Assembly (NCBI GenBank): GCA_043228905.1
Contig: JBHGNT010000017.1
Location: 9,114,001-9,178,000 of the forward strand
DNA from: Azolla caroliniana
Taxonomy: Eukaryota > Plantae > Polypodiophyta
Reading direction: 5' to 3'
Length of the DNA: 64,000 nt
This document shows positions 14,141-28,250 of this stretch, piece after piece (position 1 is the first letter of the stretch; every line of letters starts with the position of its first letter). The position numbers and the translations under genes are program-made. The notes under the pieces are model-generated. The model searched no databases. It was given only the letters and a program-made list of their open reading frames with translations, and was not told the origin of the DNA.

Positions 14141-17100
14141 ATGGAGAAAGATAACCTTTGCTGCGCAGAGTCCCTTTCATTTCGCAAACATAGAGATCTT
14201 AGCGTCCACAGGCGATTACGAGTGATCAGGCGAGAGCACGCCGAGCACGTAGGCGCACCCATCTTACCACAACCTACCGACTCCGACGATGACATGGACT
14301 GCATGGTGCTCTCAGAAGCAGATAAGTAATGGCTGAAGCAACACGGTCTCGAGGGATTCTTGCGAATAGTCAAAGCACTGCCACACGGAGATGTGGAAAA
14401 TGTCATTAAAAACATCGACATAGAGATCATCACCAAGGAAACCATCCGAGCCAAGACCGGCCTATCGGAAGGGGGAATCTACTCGATCAGATATTTTGGG
14501 GAGTACTCCCTGGGCAGTAAGGTGTACCGCACGCAAGGGGTTGAAGACCTTTTGTTTCAGGAAATTGCTTGGGTACTCCATGAGTATGCCCATGTATACC
14601 CCCGACTACCGGCGATGCCCAAGAATAGAGCCGGTTTGATCATAGCCACCTGCGAGGGAGTATAGGTGGATTGGCCGGTAATGATTGCCGACGGCTTGAG
14701 CGCTACCATCGTGTCAATAAAAGATGGCAAAAAGATGTGGACAACAGTGGCGCAATGGCTCACTCTGTTAGCACCACTAGTGGAGCCCATGAAACAAAGG
14801 AAGAGGGGAAGATCAACAGAATCGAACCCCAAAACATCTTCAAAATGGCAGCAACTCCTAGCTACCCAAGTGAAGGAACAACCTAATTGGAAGCGGTTGG
14901 TAGAGAAGGAGGCATCGGTGGACAACTCGGGGAGACCGTTGAAAATCAAGTTGCATCTGTCGGAACAACAAGCAGACCAACAACCTGAGAAAACGCAGGG
15001 GCAGGACCCCTTGGTGGAGTTAATCAACAACACGACCCTGGAAGAAGAACAACAGGAAGATGAGCAGACCGAGACGTTGCTACAGCGTCGCGAGACAAGT
15101 GAAAAAGGCCACGAAGGGGGGGACGTCAAGGCTAGCGGAGGACAGTATAAGGGAACCCCTCCCTGAGGAGCCACAGTCGAGGAAGGCGGCAAAACTGGCT
15201 CAACAAGAATCCAGGATGGAGCAAGTGCTGCAGCAGGACATTGGGAAACCAGCGGTCCAGGACACAGCAATACCGGTAGATCAGGAACCTGTCATTGAAT
15301 TGCCGGCATCATAGCCACAATAGCAACAGCCAAAAGCAGAGCGGCCGTGTGACGTAACTGTCAATAGTAGGCTCGTGACTAGTGGAAACGCCATCCCACG
15401 ACCAGAACCGGTGCGACCACAAGGCACCGGCAGTCGATGGTTCCGATGGGTAGCAAACAAGTGATTGGTGTTGTCTTCCAGTTAGAAGCGGAAGAGAAAG
15501 CGCAGGAAGCCCGGTTGTTAGCCACAATCGAGGAATTAGAGATGGCCCGGTTAAGAATCCGGATCATGGAAGAAGACATAGAGAAGGCCAGAACAGAAAT
15601 GGCCAAGTTGGTCATAGAAGGACCGCAACAATCGGAACCGGTGGCCCTGGTAACTCTACAGAATGATCAAACCCCGGTGACGGCGGTAGGCCCGAATACT
15701 CATAAATCGTTAGCATAGGAGCTCGCCACACTAAGGGAAGACCTGGTAGCACAAGAAGCTTTATGAGCCAGGGAACGCGAATTGAAAAAAGCGGCGAAGG
15801 AGGAACAAAGGAGAACGGCCGATAACCTCCACTAAACAGAGGAAAGCTTCAAAAGAGGTCATCAAGCGTATGAGGTCCGGTTGAAAGAAGAGAAAGACAA
15901 ACTCCTCCAAGAAAAAGAGAAACTCCGGAGGATGGCGGAAGTAGAGATTGAGTGCCTCAAAGAAGAGCTACGGCAACAAAAAGACCATGAGGACCGCACT
16001 CGCCGGCTTTTCAATCAAAAGCTCAAACAAAAAAACCGACGACTTCGACCGACTGCACCGGGATTATAAGCATTTGGATGCAGATCATAAGAAATTGACT
16101 ACCAAAAGTGACCAGCAATAGGAAAAGTGCAGAGAACTCCGGGAGGAACTTAACCGGTTCACAGCAACATTGATGGAAGAGCAGTCGAAGGGAGCCGAAC
16201 AAGGGAAACAACTAGCGGCAGCAGCGAAAGAGAGATTTGACCTACAAGTGCAACACCATGCGGAAACGGAGTGTGCTGCAATGACTCTGAACAGAGTTCA
16301 GACGACATATCAGACCCAACTCATGCACTACAGAAGCCAAGAAGTGGCAACCACGAGCTTGATCAAACAATTGAAGGATGAAAAACAGGCTGCGGAAAAC
16401 AAGTCGAAGATTGGGCTGGGCGGATCCGGCACATCGTACTGGCATGGAGGAATCGAACGAAGGAATTGGTGGAAGAAAGCTCAGTACAGTGGTGGTCGAA
16501 GTGGGCCAAGCAGGCAACAGAGCTACAGTTGCTGCGGGCAGATGCGGAAAATTGCCAGAAGGAAGGCGACAAAGTTTACATCCTGGATAAGGAAAGCGTT
16601 GAAGCAATAAAAGAGGAACTGGCGGATGATTTCATATCCTTGGTTGATAAGCAGAGGGTGGCAGTGCGCTAGTTGGTGGCACAGTTGGATGATGACCAAT
16701 TGGACAACCAACTCCGTTTTGAGAAGTATGAACGGGAATGGCGACGACAAGAAGTGGCTAAGAAAACTGCGGTGATTAACATAAGTGACGAGGATCCATC
16801 TTCAAATCAAAAGCTTGTTAAAGCTGTGGAAAGCCAACCAGAGAGTACTCAAGAGGAGCTGCTAGACGAAGGTCATCCGCAGGAACCGGTGCACGCTTGA
16901 TAGGAGAGCCAGGAGATGCCAAGGCCGATTGAGCCGGAAAAGGAGGAAGAGCCGGTAAGACCAGTCGAGCCGGAAATGGAGACGGAGCCGGTCAAACCGA
17001 TAGAGCCGCATGCAACAGACGTCAACCCGCAGTAGCCACAGCTGGAGCTAGAGTGGCAATAAGAACAACCATAGCCGTAGGAAGAGCAGGAGGAGGAACA
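14141..17100 (+). pseudogene. Extra sense ORF(s) between integrase and 3' LTR; coiled-coil, E/Q/K-rich, function unknown
   Basis: Colinear fragments 14141-14329, 14360-14665 and 14666-15166 (same frame, split by stops), then 15437-15718, 15881-16069, 16466-16900. Confidence 0.6.
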
Positions 17101-17238
17101 ACAACAACAGATGACAGAACAGCTTCCGGAGGAACAATTAGAACCCTTAGATCAAAGCATTCTGGACATTTTGGAGGATGAATGAAGGCCGGATCGTGGG
17201 ATTCGACGTACAAGGTATTGTCCCATGGGCATACCATG

Positions 17239-17670
17239 TGTTAGCCGGCCGGCAAGGGAAGTCCAGAATGGGAAAAGGGGGATAATTAATAATCGGGAGC
17301 GAACGGACGGACCCAGAATTATTATGATTTTTGGAGAAGTGAACGGACGGACCCGGAATCGGTATGCCGATCCGGATCCGGGCCGGTTCGTAGCCGGTTG
17401 CCGATTGGCACCGGTTTGTACCTAAAGTCAGAGACCTATAAAAGGATCCGGTTAGATTGTAATCATTAGTGGATAATTAATGGAGTGCAGTTGTTCTGTA
17501 TTTAATCATTGTTAATTATTGTTCTTTGCTAAGTGTAATTTATCCTACGCGTGTATTGTGACTAATGATCTTGCCGCTTAATAACCAATTAGGGTTCCAT
17601 TAATAGTTGGTCTAACTCTATCTCACCGCAACACCCTTTGGTAGGCCATTGTCCGGCCCTAGCGATAACA
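17239..17670 (+). repeat. 3' LTR of the Gypsy element
   Basis: TGTTA...TAACA termini; TATAAAA at ~17437; end matches 8143-8247. Confidence 0.8.
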
Positions 17671-18107
17671 CAATTTTCCAAAAGGTGTTGTATGTTTTAG
17701 GGTTAGGGTTTATGATAATGATAATGATGATGATTGATGATGAAGATAGTGTAATGGTGGAGATGATGAATGGTATGATGGTGAGAGATCATGAAGATGC
17801 AAGACAAGCATTGAGAAGCATTGCGGGGTGGGGGGTGATGCCTAGAATGGCTCCACCCCCCTCCCAAGGGGGTTCAACATTAAGGGGAAGGAAGAGAGGG
17901 AGAGAGAGATGACAAGAGAGAAATGTTCCTTCTTTTCATTCATTCCCCATCTCACCTCTTTGTATTTGCCACACTCACACTTACATTCACACTCATAATC
18001 ATATAAAAATCACACATACATATCCACACATTACATCTTTCACCCTCACTTATCACAGTTATCAATCACACGTACATCTTGTACGGTAACACCATGGGCG
18101 TGCCATG

Positions 18108-18498
18108 TGTTGGCCCTAGGAGTATGATCTGGGGGAGAAGTGTGGACGGGGAAGAATCGGATGAATAATGTAAATATTAGTTAGTAATTTTATAGGAACG
18201 GACGGATCCGGATAGTAGTACTGATCGGGATCCACACCTATGAGTAGTTGGTAGCTTGTTATTGTCTCTCGAGTGTACTTGCCGTTTGTGTTGTAACTAT
18301 TAATCATACGAGTGTAATTAAGAATCAGATACGTATTAAGTGATTCAGAAGGCATTCTAGGAGTAGCTGAAGTGTTGCAAATGACTTGTTGGATCAATAT
18401 TGGATAATCATCCATATCCTGACCACCCCTTTGGGTACGTGTTCCGGATAGGACACCCTACGTTTGTGGCTAGTCCGGCCCCAGATAAACAACCAACA
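18108..18498 (+). repeat. LTR of a related Gypsy family (3' LTR; its 3' internal region is 17671-18107)
   Basis: TGTTGG...CCAACA termini; 3' part resembles the 17239-17670 LTR; similar CATGGGC..CCATG motif upstream. Confidence 0.6.
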
Positions 18499-19660
18499 GT
18501 CCATCGCAGGCTTTCCTTGCTGGTTCCAGGTGCCAGCTTGACTCCCCCTGCTTCTGGAGGGTTCGGAATTGTTGTCGACATTCTGATTATGCCTTCGGTT
18601 TGGCTCCTATCGATCACCTCCATTGTGTGCCGATCCGCCTCGTCCACCACGACCATGGGGCCTATCTTCCTCCATGTAGAACATCTTGTTGTCAACGTGC
18701 ATACTTGTCGATGAACCCGTGTGGTTCTCTTCAACGAGAAGCACCGACTGCAACTCGAAGAATGACGATGTGCTCTCTCTCATGTAGACCGCTGTTCGGA
18801 ATAATCCGAACTTCTATGTCAATCCTCCAAGATAGACCGGCATCATTTCCTCCTCCTCGAGACATGTCTCTTTGCCTGACATTATTCAACTCTTGTCTGA
18901 GCTAAAACTTCCTACCTATAGTGCTTGCAGCGAATATCTTCTTCAGATTTCACCAAGCCTCCTTTGGCATCTTGGTGTCGCGGATGTAGCTCAGTACTAG
19001 CTGATCACCGACACTAGATGCGAAGCAGTAGAGAACTCTGCTTGCCGGTTGTTCCCAAGCCAAAAAATCCTTGTGTGTCGAATCCGGTACTACATCATTT
19101 GCTCCTTTGACATAACTCCAATATCCATGCCCTAACATGTATTGGTGTGTCTTGTATAACCAAGACGCATAGTTGTTTTCGTCGAGCTTCTCTGTCTGAA
19201 GCGAGCTTCCCATACCTTTGTCCATTTCTCCTCTTATCTATTCTTACTGGGTGTTAGGTCTTGAATTGTGCTGAAAGCTCTGATACCATGTAAAAATACA
19301 ATGCAGAAGCTAAACAGACCACAACTGGCTCAACCGGATAGCAAAAGAAAACACAGAGAATGGAATATGCAGGGTAGATGAGAAAGAGAGAGTAGACAAC
19401 AGAAACCTCAATTTCAAAATAATGAACACTCTGTACATACAAGGTGGTCTGTGAGCACATTTATACAAGTTCTTAAAGGACTGACAAAAGTACTCACAAG
19501 TACTTCAATGCTTGTACCAAGCGACTGGCATTGACTCCAAAAAATATGCCTACGTAATAGGATAGGATCGTAGGCCTCTAACGACCTACCGGTTACATTC
19601 AGATCAGGACACTGATCTAGCTCTTCGTTCTGGACACCGATCCAGCTCTTGGCTTATTCA
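18499..19660 (-). mobile_element. Copia 5' remnant: LTR (~19289-19660), tRNA-iMet PBS, gag
   Basis: Minus-strand TGGTATCAGAGC next to the LTR end; gag TEKLDENNYASW...GYWSYV. Confidence 0.75.
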
Positions 19661-19664
19661 GCCA

Positions 19665-20147
19665 ATGCAAATCAGGTTGATCTTGCTTGTTCAACACAAA
19701 TTTTTGGACACACTTGAGATCCTTAGAATTTCTCGTAAACTATCTTCAAGCTACCATCCTCAAAACGATGGTCAAATGGAACACACAAATCAAACATTAG
19801 AACAATATCTTTGTTCCTTTATCAACTATCAACAAGACATTTGGATGAATTTCTTGCATATGGAAAAATTTTCTTACAATAATTCAATCCATTCTTCTAT
19901 GGGATTGACTCCATTCTTTGCAAATAGAGGATATCATCCTCATTGGATGATGCTTGAATGCCCAAAAGTCCCAAACAATCCTACAGTCAAGGATCATTTA
20001 GAACAACTCAAAGAAATTCAAGCCAACCTTTATCATAATTTGCTTCATGCTCAAGCCAAGTAGAAGAAAGTGGTAAATAAACATCGCTCCGATTCTGCAG
20101 TTGAGGACCCTAAGTTTAAAGTTGGTAATCGTGGATGGTTATTACCT
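19665..20147 (+). mobile_element. Chromovirus-type Gypsy integrase fragment
   Basis: [24 protein letters not shown] motif, homologous to the integrase at ~36900-37060. Confidence 0.8.
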
Positions 20148-23100
20148 TGTAAGGGGAGCATAGAATCAATTCAAAATAATAATACTTTGTACATACAATG
20201 TGCTCAGGGAGCACTTTTATACAAGTCCATGAAGGACTGATAGAAGTATTGACAAGTACTTCAATGCTCATATGAGCAACTGACACTGACTCCCAAAAAT
20301 ATGCCTATGTACTAGGCTAGATTTGTAGGCCTCTAATGGCCTACCGTTTACAATCCGGTCCATCCCTCCGATCCAGCTACTAGTTTCGGACACCAATCCG
20401 GACTCGAATCCGGAATCAGTATAGCTTATCTACTCAACACTCCCCTTCAATCTAAACTTAAGGTCGGATCGTAGTGTGATTGTCTGTGTTAGTTGGTCTT
20501 CTCCTCCCGCTACTTCTGGCATCCTCCCGCCTTGCTCGTGCTCCTCGACCCGTCCGGTTCCTCTTTCCACGACCAGTTCGGTCTCGTGCACCTCGAACTT
20601 CTCAGTCGGCTTTTTTGATCCTTGAGGCCTTATTAGTTCCCTTGCTGTCGCGGTGCTGGCGTCCCTCAACCCGTCGGTTCTTCCATCTCGACGTCGACTT
20701 CAGCTGCCTTCTTGTCCACTTGGACTTCAGTTGATCCGACTCCTCCAAATCAAGCACTGTTTCCGAATCAGGTGACCCCGACTCATTCTAGCTGTCATCC
20801 AAATTGCCTGTCTCCAATTCTTCCTCAATCTCCAAACCTTTCATGACATTGACCCATGTCCGTGTCTCGGTCTTTCCGGCTTTGCCTCCCTCTGTTTCTG
20901 TTGGCTCCGGCTTGGGCTCTCCGCTCCGATGGCTCCCCTTGCGTCCGGTCTCGGCTTTCTCAGCCGTCCCGTGCAATTCGACTTCTTCAGTCGGGCCGAA
21001 GTCAAAATCGGTTTCCAACTCGACTTTTCGGTCATCTTTCTCATTCCTCTCCCTCCTCCCCCTCAAGTTCAGCATATCGAGGTGCACACCTAGTGCACCG
21101 GAAAATTGCTGCAACTTATCTAAACCCGTGGTTTGGTGAAGATGTCGGCCACCTGCCTATCCATCGGAACATGCAACAGTTCCACTTCACTGGAGAGAAT
21201 GTGCTCTCGGACAAAATGATAGTGCACCTCGATGTGCTTAGTCTGGGCGTGAAAGAAGAGGTTCTTTGCCAATAGGATGCTGCTAAGGTTGTCACAATAG
21301 ATCATCGTCGGATCAGACACCTCCACTCGCAGATCCCTTAGGAACCTCTTGAGCCATATGGCTTCGCACATTGTGACAATCGCTCCTCGGTACTCGGCCT
21401 TGGTGCTTGACAGTGCTACTGCCAGCTGCTTCTAACTACTCCAGGAAACCACGACGCTTCCAAAGGAGAATGCATATCCAGATGTGGACCTATGGTTGCT
21501 GGCATTTTCAGCCCAATCAGCATCCGTGTAGCCGACTAGTTGTTTGGCTACACCGGTCCGATACAACAACCCCCTTGTCCTTAATGCCGCTGATGTACCA
21601 TGATGCCGGTGTTAGACATCAGAGTTGGGAGAGAGTACCATGATGCCGACTCATCAAATTCAACATCGCTGCTCACTCGAACTTGTTGTGTTTGTGGGTT
21701 AGAGCAGTTATAACCCTTTTGCTAATGTGAGTAGCCAATTAGAATGCACTTCTCGAACTTCTCATCCGGTAAATGCACAAATGCAATGCTACCGAATATC
21801 TTAAGGTGCCTTAAGTTCTTCTTCCGCCCGAAATACAACCCAAAATAGGTTATCCCCGATCCAGTTTTGGATGTAGACCATGCCGCCTCCACAATTGACC
21901 GGTTCTTCCTTTCGACCACGCCGTTTTGTTCCGGTGTGAATCTGCAGCTGAATTCTCTTTGAATTCCTCTATGCTACAAAGAATCGTTGAATTGGCCAGA
22001 AAAGTATTTTTCTTGCCATCTGACCACAAGCACTTGATCTTCCTCTCCATTTCCCGTTCGACAAGACTTTGCAAGTTCTGGAAATAGTCGAAGACTTGGC
22101 TTTTCTTCTCTATGAGGTAGATTCATGTTTGCCGGCTGTAGTTGTCGAGGAAGGAGACGAAATATTGGCTCTCACCAACACTAACGTTCAGTGCCAGTTG
22201 CGATACATCCGAATGTATTAGATCGAGCTTGTTATGGCTCCGGTTTCTTTCAGTGGGGAACAGAAGCCAGTGTTGCTTCTCGACCTGGCAGGCTTCACAA
22301 AGATGGGCCTTCCGGCCACTGAATTTTGGCAATCTGAAAACAACGTGTTTCGACTGCAAGTCTTGAAGCCTCTTATAGTTGACGTGGCCGATCCGCTTGT
22401 GCAATAGGTAGATATCCGATTTGACCTTCTGTCCTTTTGCGAACATAGCAGTGCTGACATCGTTGGTGTCGAGGATAAACATCCTCTCGTCCTGGTATCC
22501 TTGTGCAATTATCTGGCCTTCTTCCTTGATGAAGCACCCGAGGTGGGTAAACCGCACCTCCATCCCTTGGTCCACGATCTGCCCGACTAATACCAGGTTC
22601 GTTGTGATTTTCGGAACATGTAGTACATTCATCAACTTTCCCTTTTGTCCGACATGGCTTAAAGGGACTTCTCCAACATGCACAATCGGGTGAGGAGTGT
22701 CGTCTCTGGTTTTGACAACTCCCAGTTGCTTCGACTTTTCCAAAAACGAGAACCAATCTTCATGGCTCATCATGTGGTTTGATGCTCCGGAGTCAACGTA
22801 CCACACTTCCTCTGATCTGGATGTGGTATTCATCCAGCTCTCCTGGTGTTTCATCACAAAGGTTGGCCCTTTTCTAGTCTTTTCGGTTCCAGATCCTTGC
22901 GATCCTTCTATGTAGTGCAAGCTTTGCCGGTTCCCTTGTACGGCCTTGCCGGATCCAGATTTATCCGAATCGATGCGCTTCTTCTATCACTCGCTCTCTC
23001 AGTGGCCTTTCTTGCCACAATACTAGCATTCCATTTCTGCCTTTCCTTGCCGGTTTCCGGCACCGTTTTGACTCCCCGTGCTTGTGGAGGGTCCAGAACT

Positions 23101-23820
23101 GTTGTTGGCACTCTCTCCGTGCCTCCGGTTTTGCTCTTGTCGGCCACGGCTATTGTGTGTCGACCCACGTCATCCTCCACATCCACAGGGTCAATCTGCC
23201 TCTGTGTACAACATTTGACTGTTCGATTGAGTGGTCCTTGACCCACTTATGTGGTTTTCTTCGACCATCAACATCGATTTTAGGTCGAAGAAGGATGGTG
23301 GTTCCTCACGGGTGCAAATTGCCATCCAGATTGGCCCGTATCGATGTGCTAGGTCATTGAGGCAGATCTGGACCATCTCCTCCTCGACCACCGTCACGTT
23401 GATGGAATCGACTGCTCTTGATCTTGGTGGTGTAGGCGATGATCGACATGTCCCGTTGCCGAATATTGTTGAGCTCTTGCCGGAGCTGCAACTTCCGAAC
23501 TGTGGTACTTGCGGCGAAAATCTTCTGGACATTTACCGAGGCCTCCTTCGGAGATTTTGCATCTCTGATGTAGCCAAGGATTTGGTCGTGCACATAGGAT
23601 GCGAGCCAGTACAACACCCTGCTCACTCCTTGCTCCCAAGCCAGGAAGTCCTTGTGTGCCGAATCCGGTGCTGCTACATTAGCTCCCCTTCCATGTAGCT
23701 CCAATATCCGTGCGCTAACAAATACTGGTGCATTTTATACAATTAGGATGCATAGTTTCTCTGGTCGAGCTTTTCTGTTGGAAGCAAGCTCTCCATGCTT
23801 CTGTCCATACCATCTTCCAC
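20148..23820 (-). mobile_element. Internally deleted Copia element (gag, PR, GAG-pre-integrase, partial IN, RNase H, PPT, 3' LTR ~20148-20439)
   Basis: WYVDSGASNHM protease; HKRIGHVN; CDNLSSI...TKHIEVHYHFVRE RNase H; PPT complement CTCCCCTTC next to the LTR; RT mostly missing. Confidence 0.85.
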
Positions 23821-23829
23821 AGTCATAAA

Positions 23830-25315
23830 TGTGTCATAGGTTTATGTCAAGATTGTGGTGTCCAAATGAATTGAGTAGTGAAATATTAATCTCTGTCAAG
23901 TTATTTAAGTCAGTTGACACCAATTTCGAAGGGAAGGTGTGTAAAAGAAAGGATCTAGTTAGGAAGTCGCTTAAACCAAGAGATTTGGCATCTCTATTTG
24001 TAGTATCTCTAGGAAAGTTCATTAAACACAACTTCATTTATTCATGACAAGCCCATCAGTTTAAGACTTGCATATCTGATTTTCCAAATGATGTAGTAGT
24101 CTCAGTAGTAGATTTCGCAGAGAATTATACTTTCAAGCAGCAGAATGAAATTCAATCTATGCATTGGTGTTCAACGCAGGTAACCATTTTTGTGCATATA
24201 ACATATTTTCGAGTTTCAGGCGATGTTAAAAGAGGAGTTCATTTTTTTATTTCTGATGATAAGAAGCATGATACCTTGTTCGTCCAACATTGTTTTAACT
24301 TACATTGGCAATGGTTATTTGCTAAACATTTGGAGCTTACTCAACATTGGTTCTAGTCTGATGGAGCTGCGTCACAATTTAAGGCTAGACATCCATTTTA
24401 TTTTGTGGGGAGGCATCCTGCTATAACAGGTTTGGAGATGAGATCGATTTTTTGGGGTCTTGCCATGGTAAAGGTGAACATGATGGTGCAGGTGTTGTTA
24501 TAAAGCAGGCACTTACCCATGAACAACTAAAGGCAAATGGTGTGCAGATGAATTGTGCAGCACATGTAGTTAAATTTTTAAGAGCTAATATTTCAACGAG
24601 TGCAACTGGTGTTTATTCCTCGCAGGTCCGAGATATCAAACGTGAATTTTGGGAAGTGAAGATAGATGAAGTAAATAGGAAGAAGACCTGTGAGTGCCAA
24701 GGAATTCCTGAATTGCGATCTCTCTATGCTATTCGCGGTTATTCTAGGTTGGATGGTCATTGTATTGCGGTTAGAGAATTACCTTGTTTTTGCTTCCATT
24801 GTGTGAAGGGAAATTGGAGGTATTGTTTAAACAAAGCATATATATTCAGAATTGGGAGTATCATAAATTGAACGATAAGGAAGTTGTTAATGGTGAAACA
24901 GAAAAGAATGTTGACTTCACATATCAAGGACGTGGAGATACTCTGAGTGATGTCTTAAATGTTGGGGATAATTTCGCTGTAAATGCAGAAGAAGGAAATT
25001 CAGAGGGTGTTGATTTCTATATATTGAAGTGCATGGTTAGTAAACAATGTGCAACACAAAATCTGTTAGATGCTTGGGGAAATGTTGTATCTACCGGGAC
25101 ATTCTACATCGAAGGTATTTTTTATGCAAGACTAGATGATTACGATAATGTGTATAGACAAGCTATTAGAAGACAAAGCAGTGGCGTACATGTACTCACA
25201 TTTGGTCAGGTGCATCAATGTCCCAATGTTGCAATACAATAGATGCTCAGGTTTATACACATTTAGTGCTAATGTGTATGAATGTATTTACAACAGTATG
25301 CCATGGAATTTGTAG
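23830..25315 (+). pseudogene. Sola2-like DNA transposase, 5'-truncated and frameshifted
   Basis: Motifs VVDFAENY...EIQSMHW, FISDDKKHD, SDGAASQFK, GSCHGKGEHDGAG and downstream CFCFHC, the pattern of Sola2 transposases as recalled. Confidence 0.75.
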
Positions 25316-27544
25316 CTACAAGTAGCAATTACCAATTTTCTTGTAAAACAAACAAAGCACATGTATTGCAAATAAACAGTTTAATGGACCTATTTGGGAG
25401 TCTTTTTTTTATATACAATCTGCATTTTGTTCTTCTTTCTCAATAAAATCGTGTCTTTTTAATATACAGTCTTCTTTTTTATATAAAGTTTAATAATATC
25501 GTTTAGGGTTCTTCTTTCTAAGATACAGATTTACTCAAATGAACCATGTACAAGTTAAAATAGTTTGCATAATTTTAAGAAAAAGCACTATCATGAAATC
25601 AGCAATCCTGGACATACTCTTAAAATTACAAAGTAAATAAGTTACTCAAAACAAGCAATTTAATTCTTCATTGATTAATCTGTCATCAAATTACATATTT
25701 ATAACATCCCATTGGCAATGTCTTCAAATCGCCTATAAACATCTAAGCTCTTGCTGGTCAGTGGAACTTCTCTACATATATGATCTACATACCGAGCTCG
25801 GTATGGAGTCCACAACCATGTAACTACTTTGGTAGCTCAAAGTTTTCACCAAGTAGTGTTCAAGCATCTCATCGGGTAGAATGAGACAACATCTACGAAT
25901 GTTGAAGTAACGCCGGAAATGTTTTGTATCCAGAATCAACGTATTGTTGGCATTATAATCTAGCCAAGTGGCCCAAAAATAAAAAAGTCTTTTGAATGTT
26001 GCACCATCATTCGGCTCACAATTCTCTTATGTCCACTGACCCTAGAATGTTGTTGCCACTTCGGGAAGAATCTTTCTACACACTTCCACACATTTGCACG
26101 TGGTTTTTCACTCCAAATAAACAAATCAAAGTATTGCATAGCCCACTCCAGAAATTGATTTGCGTCCCTCCTTGGTGTCATATATCGCACACTCATTAAG
26201 ACTTTATCAAGCTCCAAGATCAAGGCTCTTTTTTCTACTTATAATGGTTTAGGTTTCCATTCCTATAACTGAGCCTCTATTACACTAATTACTGGTAGCA
26301 CACGATCAATTTCAATAAACTCAGGTTCTGCCGGCACAATTGGTGTCCTTTTCCTCTTCAAACCCCTGGTCAACTGTGTTGCGCCTGGCTTCACATTCTG
26401 GTGCTCTTGTGTTGTCGACTTAGTCATTGGCTCGGTGCATGTAGATATTGATCTGGTCGATATCAGCCCACTGGTATCACATGTTGCATCTACCTGCAAA
26501 ATCAGATCATCTGTGCAACATGCTTGATCAACTTGCATGACTAGATCATTTGTGTCAGTTGCTACATCTACTTTCAAGATGTGGCCCTCTAAACACGCAA
26601 CAACGTCAACAGTTTCCACACTACCATCGGCCTTAGGAAAAATAGATTCAAACCCTTTAGACTCTGCAACATCAGAAAACACCAACATATTCACACTCAG
26701 AAAGTAACTAATGGACTTACCCCACCCATCGATAGAAATTTCATAGTCGCTTCATTCGATCTGGCATCTCTTTTGGCGTATCCTGATAAAAGATAAGAGG
26801 ATGGACCCAACAGTCTCACAAAACAACATAATGAACATGAAATATTTTCCATCATAGAACAACATGAACATAATTATCTTGGAGAAACATCATAATGTGG
26901 ATCAAGCAACAACTAATCTAAGGTTTTACTTGTCCAAATAGATCATAGTAAAACTTCATAAAACCCTAGGAAAATCGCTAACAATCATATCCCACTAATA
27001 AGTATTTCGCTCCAATTCAAGAGCCCCTTAACCGAGAACTCGGTCTTGTCCCCTATCATGGCCCCTTCTTCAGCCTTTTTCTTGCCGGTTGCCCATTTAG
27101 CCTTGCTTCTTTGACCCATTGCGCAAGTGTGTCCTCCTCCTACCACCTTTCCATCACCTCAGCAGCGGCTTGCACGTCAACTGCATCTTGCGCTAGCTTT
27201 TCCAATACAATGGGATCTGTTTGGACATTATCAGTAGTTGGGCTCAGTGGGGTGGAATCAAGGTTTTGCGATTTGAAGAAATGTTGTATCAAGTGTTCAA
27301 AAAGACTATTGTTGTGAACCTCAGATTTACATGTTGTTTCCAATATTTCATGGCTCTTCACATCATTGCATAATTCAGTACCATCTTCCAAAGGAATAGG
27401 GTGGAGCTGATTTGAAGGAGATGTGAAAGTAGGACTCTTACTTTCAGCCACGTTGGCAACTATCTCCTCATCGGTTGCAGCATCATCAGCTCCAGACACC
27501 TCATGCAACCTCCTTAATTCACAAGATTCTACAACAACATGGTC

Positions 27545-28250
27545 GCTAATTAGCTACATCTTAGTTAACTAGCTATTCTTCTAGACTATGACAGTAACTA
27601 ATTAGCTACCACTGAGCTAATTAGCTACTTATCTTAGGTATGGCACTAGCAATTAGCTACTCTTTGTCAATATGGTAGCAACTAATTAGCTACTCTACTA
27701 AAGTATGGTAGAAGCTAATTAGCTACTCAATTAAAGTATGGTACTAGCTAATTAGCCATTATAACTAAAGTATGGTAGTAGCTAATTAGCTAAGTGGTAG
27801 CTAATTAGCTATTGTACTAAACTGTAAAAGAATAATATATGTGCAGAAGCGTATGCAAAACACAGAGTGCACAGTTCAGAAAATGAGAGTTCGGTAAAAC
27901 ACAGAAAACACAGAGATGGAGAGGGAGAGACAAAGAGAGAGAGCAAACAACTCAATTCAATTTCAAAATAATAACACTTTGTACATATTTCGTGCTCAAT
28001 GAGCACTTCTTATACACGCCCTTAAATCGGGCTGACACAAGTACTGACAGTACTTGAGTGCTCATAAATGAGCCTACTACACTTACTCCCAAAACTATTC
28101 CTTACAAGGAATATCATTCTTACGGCCTCTCGGTGTCCGCACCGTTACAGCCATGTTGTGCGTAACTGTTTTACGCACCCGATTAAACACCGAATGTTGA
28201 GCTTGTCTCTCAACATAAACTATGGTAGTAGCTAATTAGCTAATTAGCAA
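27545..28250. repeat. Array of the palindrome TAGCTAATTAGCTA, interrupted by a solo LTR
   Basis: Repeated (TA)GCTAATTAGC(TA) units at roughly 20-30 bp spacing. Confidence 0.85.
27823..28215 (-). mobile_element. Copia-family solo LTR
   Basis: TG...CA termini; TSD TAAAC at 27818-27822 and 28216-28220; similar to the LTRs at 19289 and 20148. Confidence 0.85.

Larger units (their letters stand above)
8143..17670 (+). mobile_element. Ty3/Gypsy LTR retrotransposon (non-chromovirus) with an extra 3' ORF region; 5' LTR truncated
   Basis: 5' LTR remnant 8143-8247 matches the end of the 3' LTR 17239-17670; PBS-like TGGCGACCAC; gag, CCHC knuckles, PR, RT (FLDGFNDYNQI, FLDD), RH (YSTTEREAL), IN (YYPQANGLAESTNK). 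Confidence 0.9.

Noticed and set aside
17690-17810. Met-rich 87-aa ORF 17649-17912
   Set aside because: Arises from a (GAT/ATG)n low-complexity tract.
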